Notes: generated by a model not told the origin, from the sequence alone. A stretch of DNA of 63,525 bases, filler included, from Lama guanicoe (GCA_013239625.1; 132 parts of 132 records of this genome joined end to end with filler, not necessarily neighbours in it), one strand, 5' to 3'; counted from the first letter of the whole stretch, positions 24,911 to 38,491 are shown. A program made the numbers and translations.

Positions 24911-25574
24911 NNNNNNNNNNNNNNNNNNNNNNNNNNNNNNNNNNNNNNNNNNNNTTAATTAATTAANNNNNNNNNNNNNNNNNNNNNNNNNNNNNNNNNN
25001 NNNNNNNNNNTTTGCTATGAGGTACCTCATAGCATAATACTCGTTCACATCAAATGATACCTTTAACAGATCATGTTTCCCAGTATTTGCTGCGTAAGTC
25101 CATGTAAGTTTTCTGGTACCAGTAGGATCTGCCCAGGCAAAGAGTCAAACCTGTCTTGGCAGCAGTACCATTTCTTCCTGCGACCCCCTGAAACACAAGC
25201 AACAGAGGGAAGATTAAAATACCCTGGCCTCGAGAATCCTACAGGACCTGTGGCTTACTGAGGAGGGGATTGAAACAAACATCTTATAGAACTGCCTTTG
25301 CTAACAAAACACAACTCTGTCTAAAAATAAGTAACCTAAAATGTCCAATAAGCTAATGATTTTGAAGCTTGAGGGACAAGAATACTGCCCTTNNNNNNNN
25401 NNNNNNNNNNNNNNNNNNNNNNNNNNNNNNNNNNNNTTAATTAATTAANNNNNNNNNNNNNNNNNNNNNNNNNNNNNNNNNNNNNNNNNNNNTCCTGATC
25501 ACTTAATTACCACTACTTCTCCGGCTAGGCCTCACTCAGACCCTGCAGTCCCTCCTCCCCTTCTGGGCTCACAG

Positions 25575-25874
25575 AAGATTGCACTTCCCAGCCTTCTGGT
25601 AATGAGTGGGGCCATTTGAGAAGCTCTAGTTAACAAAATGGAAACAGAAATGGCATCATCATTGCAGGACAGTCAGTGAAATGCCCAGGCAGGAGTCTCC
25701 AGCCATTCCTGGGACCTGCCTGGGCCCTGATGCGCTGGGGGCTGGGGGGCCACGAGGCCAAAGCTGCCCAGCGCCCTGAACCACCAAGCGGACCCGCAGT
25801 GAATGTGGGTGAGAAATCGACCCGTGCTGCGTTAAACCGCTGAGACGATGAGCTTGCTCACAGCAGCAGCAGAA
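25575..25874 (+). mobile_element. MaLR LTR (MLT1-like)
   Basis: gcacttcccagcctt...ggggccatttga...gagaaatcgacccgtgctgcgttaaaccgctgaga. Confidence 0.55.
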
Positions 25875-26456
25875 NNNNNNNNNNNNNNNNNNNNNNNNNN
25901 NNNNNNNNNNNNNNNNNNTTAATTAATTAANNNNNNNNNNNNNNNNNNNNNNNNNNNNNNNNNNNNNNNNNNNNAGCTCGAGTAGAAGCTTTCAGGCTTC
26001 TTCCTCGCTGGATTCCATCACTTGAAAGAATCACAGAGGTTTTCCCTGGAAATATCTTTAGACGTCGTCTCGTTCAGCAGTGTCCCCATCCTAGTTTTAT
26101 TTGCCTCATTTACTGGCGTGGACGGACGCCTCTATTTGAAACTTCCCACGCGTACAAACGTTTGTGCAGGAACATCCACTTTGAAAGTTACACGGGATGT
26201 GCTCATTACACATGATGTGATTTCCTTTGTGTCTTTCCTCCTTAAATCTCTAAGGCAATGACCTTTCTTGAGTCAACATTAGAAAAAGCACATCAAATAT
26301 TTGATTCTGAGAGACCTGCATGCCAAGGAGCACCGAGGGCTGTGGAATGGGGACAANNNNNNNNNNNNNNNNNNNNNNNNNNNNNNNNNNNNNNNNNNNN
26401 TTAATTAATTAANNNNNNNNNNNNNNNNNNNNNNNNNNNNNNNNNNNNNNNNNNNN

Positions 26457-26838
26457 CAGCTGACAACACTTTCAGAATGAGAGGACAAAGTGGATAAATG
26501 CGATAAAATACTTAAAAAGAATAACAGAAGAAAAATGTCCAAAGTCAACGAAATACATGAGCCCTCTGAACAAAAGTGCCTGAAACATCAAAGCAGGAAA
26601 AATGAAAAAAATGCCACGTACATAGTGGTGACATTGTGGTGGGATTTCAGAACACCAGGGACAAAGAGATAGTCCTCAGTCTTCCTGAGGGAAAGGCAGA
26701 TTGTACACAGGGGAGAGAGGAAGAGAAAACCACACTGGCCTCACACTTCTGGGGTAAGACAGTGAAGCAGCATCTTTAACATTCTTATGGGAAGAGCTTG
26801 TGAATATAGACTTCAGCTGAAAATATCACTCCCGTGGG
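26457..26838 (+). mobile_element. Ancient L1 ORF1-like fragment
   Basis: atttcagaacaccagggacaaagagatagtcct...actggcctcacacttct...gacagtgaagcagcatctttaacattctt. Confidence 0.45.
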
Positions 26839-27420
26839 NNNNNNNNNNNNNNNNNNNNNNNNNNNNNNNNNNNNNNNNNNNNTTAATTAATTAANNNNNN
26901 NNNNNNNNNNNNNNNNNNNNNNNNNNNNNNNNNNNNNNTATCTTTTCTCCTTGTGCCATAAATTCCTTCAGGATAGAGAATGTGTTTTGAGTTCCTTAAA
27001 GATTGCTTACAGATTGAATCTAAGGATTTCACATCTACAATGGTGGCTTGAGTATAATTACTATATACTTACTCAAGGAACATCTCTAAAATTATGATTT
27101 ATCAAATATTGTTGCTTAGTAACAATTCAATTCATACTTATGGGAGGCTTATTTAGACCCGAGACCCGAACAAGGCAGAAAAACAACAGAAATGATTTTA
27201 AGAGGCCATATACATTCAAAGAGTTCATTCTGACAAGAGAGTCAAATCAAAATTAAACTAACAATTCCAATAAAATAAGATGCCGGTTGGTGTTGATAAA
27301 TTGTGTGTGCACAGACAAAANNNNNNNNNNNNNNNNNNNNNNNNNNNNNNNNNNNNNNNNNNNNTTAATTAATTAANNNNNNNNNNNNNNNNNNNNNNNN
27401 NNNNNNNNNNNNNNNNNNNN

Positions 27421-27802
27421 GTCATTTCCTCATGCAATTTACTTATGGCTTTAAGGCCTGCTCAAGTTTAATTTCATTTACACCATTTATATTTGATGAT
27501 GGAGTGCTTCTGTGCATACCCATTTTTGTGGCTTAGTTGATCCAATAACGCTTAGTTTGCAATGAGCAGCTCAGGTCACATGGTAACTTGGTGGTCCATG
27601 GTTAAGTGTTCAGTCTCTACTAATCCCAAGATGTAAGCCAAAAGCTACTTCTCAAAAGGAGAATAGTTACTTACCCAAGACATCAGAATTTTGCTCTACA
27701 ATTCTGCGTGTCTGAGGTATGACTCATCTCTAGGGGCCTGCAAAGTCTCCACACAGGATCCCCATCTGACATTAAAGCACCATTGGATCTGCTGGGTCAT
27801 AC
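27421..27802 (-). mobile_element. ERV-L pol fragment (RT connection/tether region), defective
   Basis: Minus translation YDPADPMVL...NYSPFEK*LLA..LVETEHLTMDHQVTM*PEL..HSIIK matches recalled ERV-L pol. Confidence 0.9.
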
Positions 27803-27902
27803 NNNNNNNNNNNNNNNNNNNNNNNNNNNNNNNNNNNNNNNNNNNNTTAATTAATTAANNNNNNNNNNNNNNNNNNNNNNNNNNNNNNNNNNNNNNNNNN
27901 NN

Positions 27903-28030
27903 CACTGATCCCATTTATGACATGATGATCTAATTAGCTTTAAAAGACCCCCACCTCCAAATACTACCATATTGGGAATGAAGGATTTTACATATGAATT
28001 TTAGGGGGACCCAAACATTCAGTCCATAGA
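27903..28030 (-). mobile_element. MaLR LTR end (MLT1A/B-like)
   Basis: cccacctccaaatactaccatattggg...catatgaattttagggggacccaaacattcagtccatag. Confidence 0.75.
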
Positions 28031-28866
28031 GTTAAGTCTGATTTGTCACTAAGCAAGCAATTAAGAAGTTGTACTAACCTCAAACTAAAAAGGCAAATAT
28101 ATCTTTATTGTTGTTATTCCTACTATTTCTTCTATTGCTGAATGAGTTTTAATTTTTTTTCTACTACTAAATAGCACTGAGTAAAAATCAAAAGCCTGTA
28201 GCATAAAACAGAGATTTAACTCCAGGTGTTATCATTTAGTAGTTTATGACCTTTGGTAAGTTCATCTCTTTTAGCCTCTTTTTGNNNNNNNNNNNNNNNN
28301 NNNNNNNNNNNNNNNNNNNNNNNNNNNNTTAATTAATTAANNNNNNNNNNNNNNNNNNNNNNNNNNNNNNNNNNNNNNNNNNNNCCATGGCTGCTCTGGG
28401 CAATCTGTGACCAGGTCAGGGCCACCTTCACATTCTGAGCCCAGGCTCAGGTCCCAGCATCCAGCCCACCCTGCTCAGGACCATCAGCTCCCCTGCCCTG
28501 GGCCCCTTGGCCAGCCTCACACCTGCACCCCAAACATCACCCCTCCTGGTGTCTCATTCACACTCAACTTGGAACCCCATCCCTGTGTCAAAGACCCCAA
28601 ATCAACGCCTTCAGCTTGGCTCAGCCAGCTGTGCCCCTCCCCAGCCCATGCATGTCTCCAGCTGGGTGTCTACTCAACCCACCATGGGACAGGCCCTGGT
28701 GGAACCCCTGGTCATCGCCAACACTCACCCCAGCAGCCTCTCCCACTTCTGCTGACCAGGCCCCTGNNNNNNNNNNNNNNNNNNNNNNNNNNNNNNNNNN
28801 NNNNNNNNNNTTAATTAATTAANNNNNNNNNNNNNNNNNNNNNNNNNNNNNNNNNNNNNNNNNNNN

Positions 28867-29200
28867 TGATAATGGCCGTTCTGACCATTGTGAGATGACA
28901 CATCAGTCAGGTTTTGATTTGCATTTCTCTAATTAGAACATCACTAAATGAGCATCTTTTCATGTGCCTGTTGTCCAGTTGGATGTCTTCTTTGGGGAAA
29001 TGTCTGTTTAGGTCTGATGTCCATTTTTCGATTGGGTTGTTTTATTGATACTGAGCTGATTGAGCTGTTTGTATATTTTGGATATTAATGCCTTGTCAGT
29101 TGCATCATCTGCATGTATTTTCTACCATTCTGTAGGTAATCTTTTAATTTTGCTGTGGTTTCCATTGCTGTGCAAAAGATTTTAAATTTAATTAAATCCT
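28867..29200 (-). mobile_element. L1 ORF2 3' region, antisense
   Basis: gttttgatttgcatttctctaatt...gagcatcttttcatgtgcctgttg...gctgtgcaaaagatttt. Confidence 0.9.
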
Positions 29201-30794
29201 TTTTGTTTGTTTGTTTGGTTTTTTTTTTTTTTTGCTTTTTTTTTCTTTNNNNNNNNNNNNNNNNNNNNNNNNNNNNNNNNNNNNNNNNNNNNTTAATTAA
29301 TTAANNNNNNNNNNNNNNNNNNNNNNNNNNNNNNNNNNNNNNNNNNNNAGTCCAGAAGGGAACACGGTGCTCTGGGTATGGCAGGTGTCCAGAGTGAATT
29401 TGAGGTGCATTTACTGAATGCAATTGCTTTGCTTGTAACCCTGGCCCCAGTTCCTGCCTTAGAGATCCTAGGTGTCCGAAGACTGTAAAAAAGAATTATG
29501 TGGAATTATGTGGAGCCAGCTGACAGCTGTGCTATTTGTCTGCTCATTTCTGAAGTCTCCTTTGACAGTTCAGTCCCATGGATGCCAGAAATACCTGCAT
29601 GTCAGAGAATCAAATGCATGAGTCTGAGGATTTGTCAGAAAATAAACACCAAAGGCAGTATCAGACATAATTCTTACTCTGAAGAAAATGCATATTTTAG
29701 GGAATAGATACATAAACTTGGCAAGAAAAANNNNNNNNNNNNNNNNNNNNNNNNNNNNNNNNNNNNNNNNNNNNTTAATTAATTAANNNNNNNNNNNNNN
29801 NNNNNNNNNNNNNNNNNNNNNNNNNNNNNNAAAATCAGGGCAACCTCTTTTACCAGGAAAATACACGCACTGTCTCAGAGAAACTACATCCCCAGACAAG
29901 CTTGGCGAGATCCTCAGAATCTCTAGCAGGGCTAATTGCTGAAGATCTTCACAAACTCAATCAGTAAAAACTTGGAGAAGTAGCTGTTTTTCCAAAAGCC
30001 CAAATCTCAAAGTTCACAAGGTATACAGTGAAACAGGGACCTATCAAAGGAACAAAATAAATCTCAAGAAACATCCTAAGGAAATGTAGATTTATGAGTT
30101 ACCTTGCAAAGAAACCAATATAATCATCTTAACAATGTTTAGTATTGAAAAGAATATGGATGACAACTAAACAAAATGAGGAACATGATACATGAAGAAA
30201 ATAAATATATCANNNNNNNNNNNNNNNNNNNNNNNNNNNNNNNNNNNNNNNNNNNNTTAATTAATTAANNNNNNNNNNNNNNNNNNNNNNNNNNNNNNNN
30301 NNNNNNNNNNNNTTATCACTGACATTCCATAACTTCACTCAGATATGTCCTGATGTTGAAATACATCAATTTTCCTTAAAAACAGTACATAGTAGAATGC
30401 AGTGATGACACTGTTTTTTCACCCCTCCTTGTAAGCAAACCCTTCACCATGTAGCTATGAAGTTATTACATGTGGGAAGGTTGATCTGTCCCACCCTTGA
30501 TCTTGGTCTCAAATGTGACTTGCCTAGGCCAGTGGGATATTAGCTGACATGATGCAGTCAGAGGTTTGAAATGTGCATTCTGGAAACTTCTCTCTCTTGC
30601 ATCTCTGCCATAGCCAAAAGCACATGGCCATCTAACCCTCACGTAGGATGAGAGACACAGAGCAAAACCAAGTCCTTCACTTGCCACAGTCAAGNNNNNN
30701 NNNNNNNNNNNNNNNNNNNNNNNNNNNNNNNNNNNNNNTTAATTAATTAANNNNNNNNNNNNNNNNNNNNNNNNNNNNNNNNNNNNNNNNNNNN

Positions 30795-31175
30795 ACTATA
30801 TGGAAACAAACTGGAAAACCTAGAGGAGATGGACAAGTTTCTGTCCACAAAGACTGAATCAAGAAGAGACTGACCACTTGAACAAACCGATCACTAGAAA
30901 TGAAATTTAAATAGCAGTAAAAAACTTCCCTACAAATAAAATTCCAGGACCAGACGGCTTCACCAAGGTATTCTATCAAACATACAAAGGAGAACTCATA
31001 CCAATCTTTCTCAAAGTCTTCCAGAAGATTGTAAAGGAGGGAATATTCCCAAACTCATTCTATGAAGCCATGATCACCCTGAAACCAAAACCAGGCAAAG
31101 ACACTAACAAAAATGATACTTATAGGCCAATATCACTGATGAACATAGATGCAAATATCCTTACCAAAATATTAG
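30795..31175 (+). mobile_element. L1 ORF2 (Z-domain/RT N-terminal) fragment
   Basis: NKLENLEEMDKFL...PGPDGFT..FYQTYK.ELIP...[28 protein letters not shown]; contains a stop. Confidence 0.95.
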
Positions 31176-32824
31176 NNNNNNNNNNNNNNNNNNNNNNNNN
31201 NNNNNNNNNNNNNNNNNNNTTAATTAATTAANNNNNNNNNNNNNNNNNNNNNNNNNNNNNNNNNNNNNNNNNNNNTTATGTTTCTGATTGTCAGAAGCTC
31301 CAAATCCACAATCTCTCTCTCCAAGAAAACAGGAAGGTATGTTTTGGACACTGAAAGTTGTCCTTTGCCTCAGGAGGGATGCAGCAAAAATCACGTGGGG
31401 AGTTTTTTCAAGACACAGCCTCCCATGCTCCATCGCAGGCCTGACAAGATGAGCCTGGGCTGTGACATTGGTTTCTAGATGTTGCCAATGGCTATTGCTC
31501 TATGAAAGCAGAACAACAGTGGAAGATGTGTCACAGTAGCCTGAAGAACCATGAGATAGGAAATTAGAGCTTTTACTCACGGGAATGCTACCAAAGGGGA
31601 CAAGGAAAGGAGCAGTGGACAAATTAAGTGTATGGGATTAACAGATACAAACTACTANNNNNNNNNNNNNNNNNNNNNNNNNNNNNNNNNNNNNNNNNNN
31701 NTTAATTAATTAANNNNNNNNNNNNNNNNNNNNNNNNNNNNNNNNNNNNNNNNNNNNTTGAGTTTTTTTCCTGCTATTGACGTGTGATCTCATTAGGCCT
31801 TGCTTTATTTTGGTTCATGTTAATAGCTCACACTCCTGAATTTTTTTTCTCTCTGAGTTATATCTAGAATCTATCATTGGCAAGACTTCTCACTTTCTTC
31901 TGCCAAGACTGTAATTGCTATGCCTTCCTCGCTAGCTTCCGCCCCCCTAAGAGAGCGGTGAGTCCTGCTCACACTCCCCGTCTGCACAACTCAGCTTCGC
32001 TGTGTAGACACAGTGTGATCTTTGGAAATCTATTAGCTTCTCTAAAAATAGATGTCTTCACCTGCAAAGTGGAGTTGATATTACTGATAGCTACAAGGAT
32101 TACTGTGAGGATGAAATGAGGTGAAGTGTTTAGATCATGNNNNNNNNNNNNNNNNNNNNNNNNNNNNNNNNNNNNNNNNNNNNTTAATTAATTAANNNNN
32201 NNNNNNNNNNNNNNNNNNNNNNNNNNNNNNNNNNNNNNNAAAAAGAAAAATGGTCAAAAAACTTGCATAAACATGCCAGTAAAGGGAAATCTAAAGGGCC
32301 AATCACACTGGAAAAATTAAAGCCTTAATGAAAAACTATAAAATAGACAAAATCTAAAAGTTTACATTACCTACTTTTGGCAAGGAATCGTACAAGAGGA
32401 ATTTGCCGGAGTCAGTATAAAACAAATGCTTTCTATGATGGCATCTGTATGTAGAAGCAAATGTTCATGATCGTATTTTGATGGTTATATTGAAGCGTTG
32501 CTAAGGAAGTACACAAGTCATTCTATAAACACCACGAGATTGTACGAGAAAAGACGAGGTTCTGAGGTGGTATTTGATGTACCTAAGTGTGTGGTGTTAG
32601 CCAGCTACTAAAGAACATTGTNNNNNNNNNNNNNNNNNNNNNNNNNNNNNNNNNNNNNNNNNNNNTTAATTAATTAANNNNNNNNNNNNNNNNNNNNNNN
32701 NNNNNNNNNNNNNNNNNNNNNGAAAAGGTGTCACATGGGAAGTGATGTATGGGCTAAGCTTTGGGGTTGAAGGGGAGTTAACAAGTAGGCATTTAGGAAA
32801 AGGGAAAATACAAAAAACGTGTTT

Positions 32825-33103
32825 ATTTGACAAAATTTTATTGAGCACATGGTATGTGCCACAAACTTATCTTTGTACTAAGTCTACAACAGTGTGAGTA
32901 AAACAAGTTCATTGGCCACATAAGATGTACAATCTGGTGGGGAGGAGACAGACAATAACTATAAATATGTTTTACATTGGGGATAGCAGAGAGGCCTCTG
33001 TGACAAGATGCCTTTAGGACAAATGATGGGAGTGAGCCTAATGGGAGGTCTGGAGGAAGAGCCTGCCAAGCAGAGGGAACAGCAAGTGCAAAGGCCAAAA
33101 GGT
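32825..33103 (-). mobile_element. L2a 3' end
   Basis: aaattttattgagcacatggtatgtgcc...cagagggaacagcaagtgcaaaggcc. Confidence 0.8.
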
Positions 33104-33685
33104 NNNNNNNNNNNNNNNNNNNNNNNNNNNNNNNNNNNNNNNNNNNNTTAATTAATTAANNNNNNNNNNNNNNNNNNNNNNNNNNNNNNNNNNNNNNNNN
33201 NNNGAGTCTCGTTTATTAAGTTTATGAAATAATTCACCTATCAAATGTGAGATGTTGTGGTATGTACAAATGAAACAAAGATTCTGGCTCCCTCAGAGGA
33301 CAAAAATCAATAGATTTCATGAACCTTAGTGGAGGCTCTAATGGGAAGACATGATTTATCACTGAGCCCAGTTCTCAATGATGATTAGCAAACAGCAGGT
33401 GTACGTTGATCAGATTTATGTATTACAAGTGACTTATTACTGCTGAGAATTAAATATCCAAAGTTTGTGAATTTTTTCATTTAATTAAAAAACAAAGGAA
33501 GAGGACAGGGCTAGTATGCAGAAGCAAGCATATAATCTATAACTTCTCTTATCTTTACCATATCACTTAGGAAGCAATTGTTAGANNNNNNNNNNNNNNN
33601 NNNNNNNNNNNNNNNNNNNNNNNNNNNNNTTAATTAATTAANNNNNNNNNNNNNNNNNNNNNNNNNNNNNNNNNNNNNNNNNNNN

Positions 33686-34060
33686 AGAATGTCATTCTAA
33701 GTGAAGTAAGCCAGAAAGAAAAAGAAAAATATCACATGGTATCAGTCATATGTGGAATCTAAAAGAAAAGGACACAATGGACTTATCTACAAAACAGAAA
33801 CAGACTCGCAGACTTAGTAAACAGTCTTATGGCTGCTGGGGAAAGGGGTGGGAAGGGATAAATTCTGGAGTTTAAGACTTACAAATGTTAGCCACTGTAT
33901 ATAAAAATAGATTCTATAAAGTTTCTTCTGTGTAGCACAGGGAACTATGTTCAATACCTTGTAATAAACTCTAATGGAAAAAATATGTAAACAAATATAT
34001 GCATGACTGGAATATTGTGCTGTACACCAGAAATTGACACATTGTAACTGACTGTACTTC
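33686..34060 (+). mobile_element. L1 3' UTR (cetartiodactyl/camelid type)
   Basis: tcattctaagtgaagtaagccaga...gggaagggataaatt...tagcacagggaactatgttcaata...tgtgctgtacaccagaaattgacacattgtaactgactgtacttc. Confidence 0.9.
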
Positions 34061-35234
34061 NNNNNNNNNNNNNNNNNNNNNNNNNNNNNNNNNNNNNNNN
34101 NNNNTTAATTAATTAANNNNNNNNNNNNNNNNNNNNNNNNNNNNNNNNNNNNNNNNNNNNACTCCGCGTCAGCATAGCACAGCTTCCCCGCCATCTTTTC
34201 CCTCCTCCCCCAGATCAGCACGCCGTTCCTCTGCCGTGCTGCTCTGCACAAATGCCCTGCCTGGAGTGCCCTTGCCCCCCCACCTTCTGCCTGCACATCT
34301 GCAGGATGACTCGGGCATCCCCTCTTTTCTGAAGCCGCGTCCAGCCCTGGGCTCACTGGCGCCTGGCATGGGGCTCGTCACATCGTGCAGTGCAGCGGCC
34401 TCGCCTGCAGAGGGTTGGGCTCCTTTCCAGGCAGTGCCTTCCTTTGACCGCGCACCCTTCAGTCAGGCACGGCGCCCAGTGCAGAGCTGGGGATGGAATC
34501 AAGAGTCAGATGCCAAGAAAGTAAACATCTTGGATAGGACGTNNNNNNNNNNNNNNNNNNNNNNNNNNNNNNNNNNNNNNNNNNNNTTAATTAATTAANN
34601 NNNNNNNNNNNNNNNNNNNNNNNNNNNNNNNNNNNNNNNNNNAGGTGGGCACAGTGTCCATCTCATGGGTGTGTCTTCCTCCCTCATTATTCCTCCTCTT
34701 AAATATTTATTGAGTGCCTAGAGAATGTTGTGAGGTGCGGGAGAGGTAGATGAAGACGACCAGCTCAGATGTGACCTGCACTATCACTGGGCGGAACGCC
34801 AACCTGCTGCCGCCGCTGCTAGAGAACAGTGAAGAACCACGCTGACCAGTCTCACTTTAAATCCACGACATAAGGGGACACTTAGTCCTGGTGGCTCCTT
34901 CGTATTGCATTTCTCCTGTCCATTCACTCTCCCATTCCCTTTCCCTCTCCTCTCTTTTCACGTCTCTAACACCCTCTCTCCCCTGTGCTGCCCACCTGCC
35001 ACTAGCAGACTTGCTTTCTCTATANNNNNNNNNNNNNNNNNNNNNNNNNNNNNNNNNNNNNNNNNNNNTTAATTAATTAANNNNNNNNNNNNNNNNNNNN
35101 NNNNNNNNNNNNNNNNNNNNNNNNCCTCCTGGTGTCTTGTCTCTGCTCGTGGGCACGTTTTAGGGATGACCCAGAGAATAAGACTCCTGGCCGATTAGCT
35201 CTAGACTAATGACTTCGGGGGTTTGGGGAGGTGA

Positions 35235-35430
35235 TATAGTGGCCTCGGAGTCAGACCCGTGTTTGAGTCCCAGTTCCATCATTTGAACTCTGTGGGTCCT
35301 CGGTCAGGATGCTTAACCTCTCCAAGCCTCAGTTTTTTCACCTACCCAAGATGGGTGATATCAGCATCACTTTCTAAAGCTGTGGGGATGTGAAGAAATG
35401 ACCCATGTAAAGTGCTGGGCAGCGCACCTG
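35235..35430 (+). mobile_element. MIR
   Basis: ggagtcagacc...cttaacctctccaagcctcagtttt...catgtaaagtgct. Confidence 0.8.
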
Positions 35431-37053
35431 TGTGTAAGGACACCCCTCCGTCACTGTTAGGTGTGATCGCTCTGGGTGTGTGTCAGTCCCAGCTGTGCCG
35501 TCAGGCNNNNNNNNNNNNNNNNNNNNNNNNNNNNNNNNNNNNNNNNNNNNTTAATTAATTAANNNNNNNNNNNNNNNNNNNNNNNNNNNNNNNNNNNNNN
35601 NNNNNNTATTACATTTGGGAAAAGACAAGCCTAGATCACTCTCTACACCAAAAGATGATGGATAGATAAGAAACATAAAGTACTGAACCTGGGGTTTATG
35701 CACTTCAAAATCTATAATACAAAAAAATCAAAGGCAAAGAAAAATAAGAAAAGGAAAGGTCTCAAAGAAACAAAGTTAGATGAAGAACATACACCTGAAA
35801 GAGAATTTCTCCAAGAAACAGTGTAAATATATAGAAAGTAAAAAGTATTCCTCCACACTCTCAAAGAATTTAAGACAACCTGCAGCTACTAAAACAAATG
35901 ATTTAAATCAACAGCAGATTTTAAAAGAGAGAATGGCTGAACTATGTGAAAAACGTTAAGGAAATCTGTAATGGTTACTTTCTAAGTTNNNNNNNNNNNN
36001 NNNNNNNNNNNNNNNNNNNNNNNNNNNNNNNNTTAATTAATTAANNNNNNNNNNNNNNNNNNNNNNNNNNNNNNNNNNNNNNNNNNNNGGAACACAACTG
36101 ATGGAGTGGAACCTGCTTGAACATTGGCGTCATGGCAGCATTCTCATTGCCAGGAGTTAAAATTTCAGCCTTCGGTTTTCAGATATCGACACAGCAAGAA
36201 AGATTGCTATACATGAGCTGTTGCTTTTCCCTGCCTCTGCCACCTCACAGCCACATTGTATCTGAAGCTGAGATAAGGGCACAGGACTTTGGGTGTTTCC
36301 ATTAGCAAGTTGGTTTGCGCTGCTGGATAAAGATGTCTGGGGGAGTCCAGATCTCATGTACCGTGAGGCTCCTTTGTGTTTTCCCACTTGCCTTCTATAT
36401 TGTATAACACAACAAATTTACATAGCATAGATTCCCAGGTTGACGGCTGGCAATAAGCTAGACCAACTCTNNNNNNNNNNNNNNNNNNNNNNNNNNNNNN
36501 NNNNNNNNNNNNNNTTAATTAATTAANNNNNNNNNNNNNNNNNNNNNNNNNNNNNNNNNNNNNNNNNNNNCAGGCAGCCACTCACCTGTTCTCCATCTCT
36601 ATAATTGTGTGACTTCAAAAATGTTATGTCAGTGCCATCATACAGCATGTGGCCTTTTGAGACTGGATTTTCTGCTCAGCATAATGCCCTTGAGAGCCAC
36701 CCACCTTGTGTGTATCAGTTGGCAGCTCCTTTTTATTGCCTATGTCATATTCCCCAGTGTGGCCATAGCAAAATTCAACTCCTTACCTATGGAGGGACAC
36801 TTGGGTTATCTTCAGGTGCTGTGAGCATTTGTATGCAGGTTTCTGTGTGGCTATAATGTTCATTTCCCTGGGGAAAGTGTCCAGGGGCACAGTTGCTGGG
36901 CCAAATGGTGAATGTGTTTATGTTTAGCTTCTTAAGAAACTGCAGAGCAATTCNNNNNNNNNNNNNNNNNNNNNNNNNNNNNNNNNNNNNNNNNNNNTTA
37001 ATTAATTAANNNNNNNNNNNNNNNNNNNNNNNNNNNNNNNNNNNNNNNNNNNN

Positions 37054-37426
37054 TTCCTGCAGTTTTCACTGTAAAACCGTGTTGGAGCTGGTACTTCCCC
37101 ATATATATGAATATAGTGAAGTTTGCAGCTGAAAAGATACTATGTGTTCCCAACAAGCTGGGTGAAGCTAGGCTTTCACAAACACTTTTCTCTCAGAACT
37201 GAGCATGTGGAGATTCTTTGGTTCTTCTACCAAACAGAAAACAGGTTGCAGGAGAAACACTTACTCTGGTTTCTCAGTGTGTTTACAAGTGCCAATTTGC
37301 AGTTCCTGCCGTTTTCACTGTAAACCCGAGGATGTGGCTTGTATCTCCCCATTTATATGAATACAGCGGATCGTTGCAGCTGAAAAGAAACTTTGTGTTC
37401 CCAACAAGCTAGGTGAAGGACGGCTT
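37054..37426. repeat. Satellite-like tandem repeat, period ~250 bp (1.5 units)
   Basis: ttcctgc.gttttcactgtaaa occurs at 37054 and 37303; tgcagctgaaaaga...tgtgttcccaacaagct occurs at 37124 and 37375. Confidence 0.85.
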
Positions 37427-38008
37427 NNNNNNNNNNNNNNNNNNNNNNNNNNNNNNNNNNNNNNNNNNNNTTAATTAATTAANNNNNNNNNNNNNNNNNN
37501 NNNNNNNNNNNNNNNNNNNNNNNNNNAAGGACAGAGAAACTGACCCCTTGCTCTGGGATCCTCCATCCTGATGGGAAAAGGAGGCAGAAGTTACTGTATT
37601 TAAGGAAAATATTTCAGGAATCACAAACTCACATCGCAGTCCAGTCCTAATTCCACATCATTACTAACCCGCTGGCCCAGGTGGCCAGTCATGAAATGTA
37701 TCTTGAACTTTCTCGCAAAGTGTCGAGCTGGAGGCCCTGCAGGTTTATTCATCAATTTATTCATTCATTTAACAACTATTTATTGTCTAGTCTATTGTCA
37801 CTACACTAGGATAGTGCAGTGACCAAATCAACACAAATCCTTGCCCTCATATATGTCAGGAAGGAACTCTAATTCAAAAAGACACATGCACCCCAGTGTT
37901 CATAGCAGNNNNNNNNNNNNNNNNNNNNNNNNNNNNNNNNNNNNNNNNNNNNTTAATTAATTAANNNNNNNNNNNNNNNNNNNNNNNNNNNNNNNNNNNN
38001 NNNNNNNN

Positions 38009-38391
38009 GGGGGGGGGGTAGACCCTGTGGCAAGGGCAAAAGTGAGTCATTGTCCTGACTGATGGTTGGCAATAGTCCGTCCATCCTTTGGTGGTCAACA
38101 GTTGAACTCGGATTGTGTTGACCAGTTGCTTCTGGGCGGACACGGTGTAAGCACTGGGATGATGCTCCTGGGATGTTCAGTTATAGTTCCTAGGGCTTGA
38201 GTTAGCCTGCTGGTACACATGTTGTGAGAGAAGATTTCCTGTCTTAGTGGTTGTTAAGTAGTCCGTTCATTCTGTTCATTAGCCTGGCAGCAGGGGGGCT
38301 GTAGGGCAGGTGGAAATGCCAGTGTATGTCATTTTATTGGCCCATTACTAAACCACAGGATGGGTAAAGTGGGTTTTTTTGTGTTGTGTTG
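38009..38391 (-). mobile_element. Endogenous retrovirus integrase core remnant (class III-like)
   Basis: Minus strand THFT...WA..DIHWHFHLPYSP..AARL..RMNGLL, with frameshifts. Confidence 0.7.
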
Positions 38392-38491
38392 NNNNNNNNN
38401 NNNNNNNNNNNNNNNNNNNNNNNNNNNNNNNNNNNTTAATTAATTAANNNNNNNNNNNNNNNNNNNNNNNNNNNNNNNNNNNNNNNNNNNN

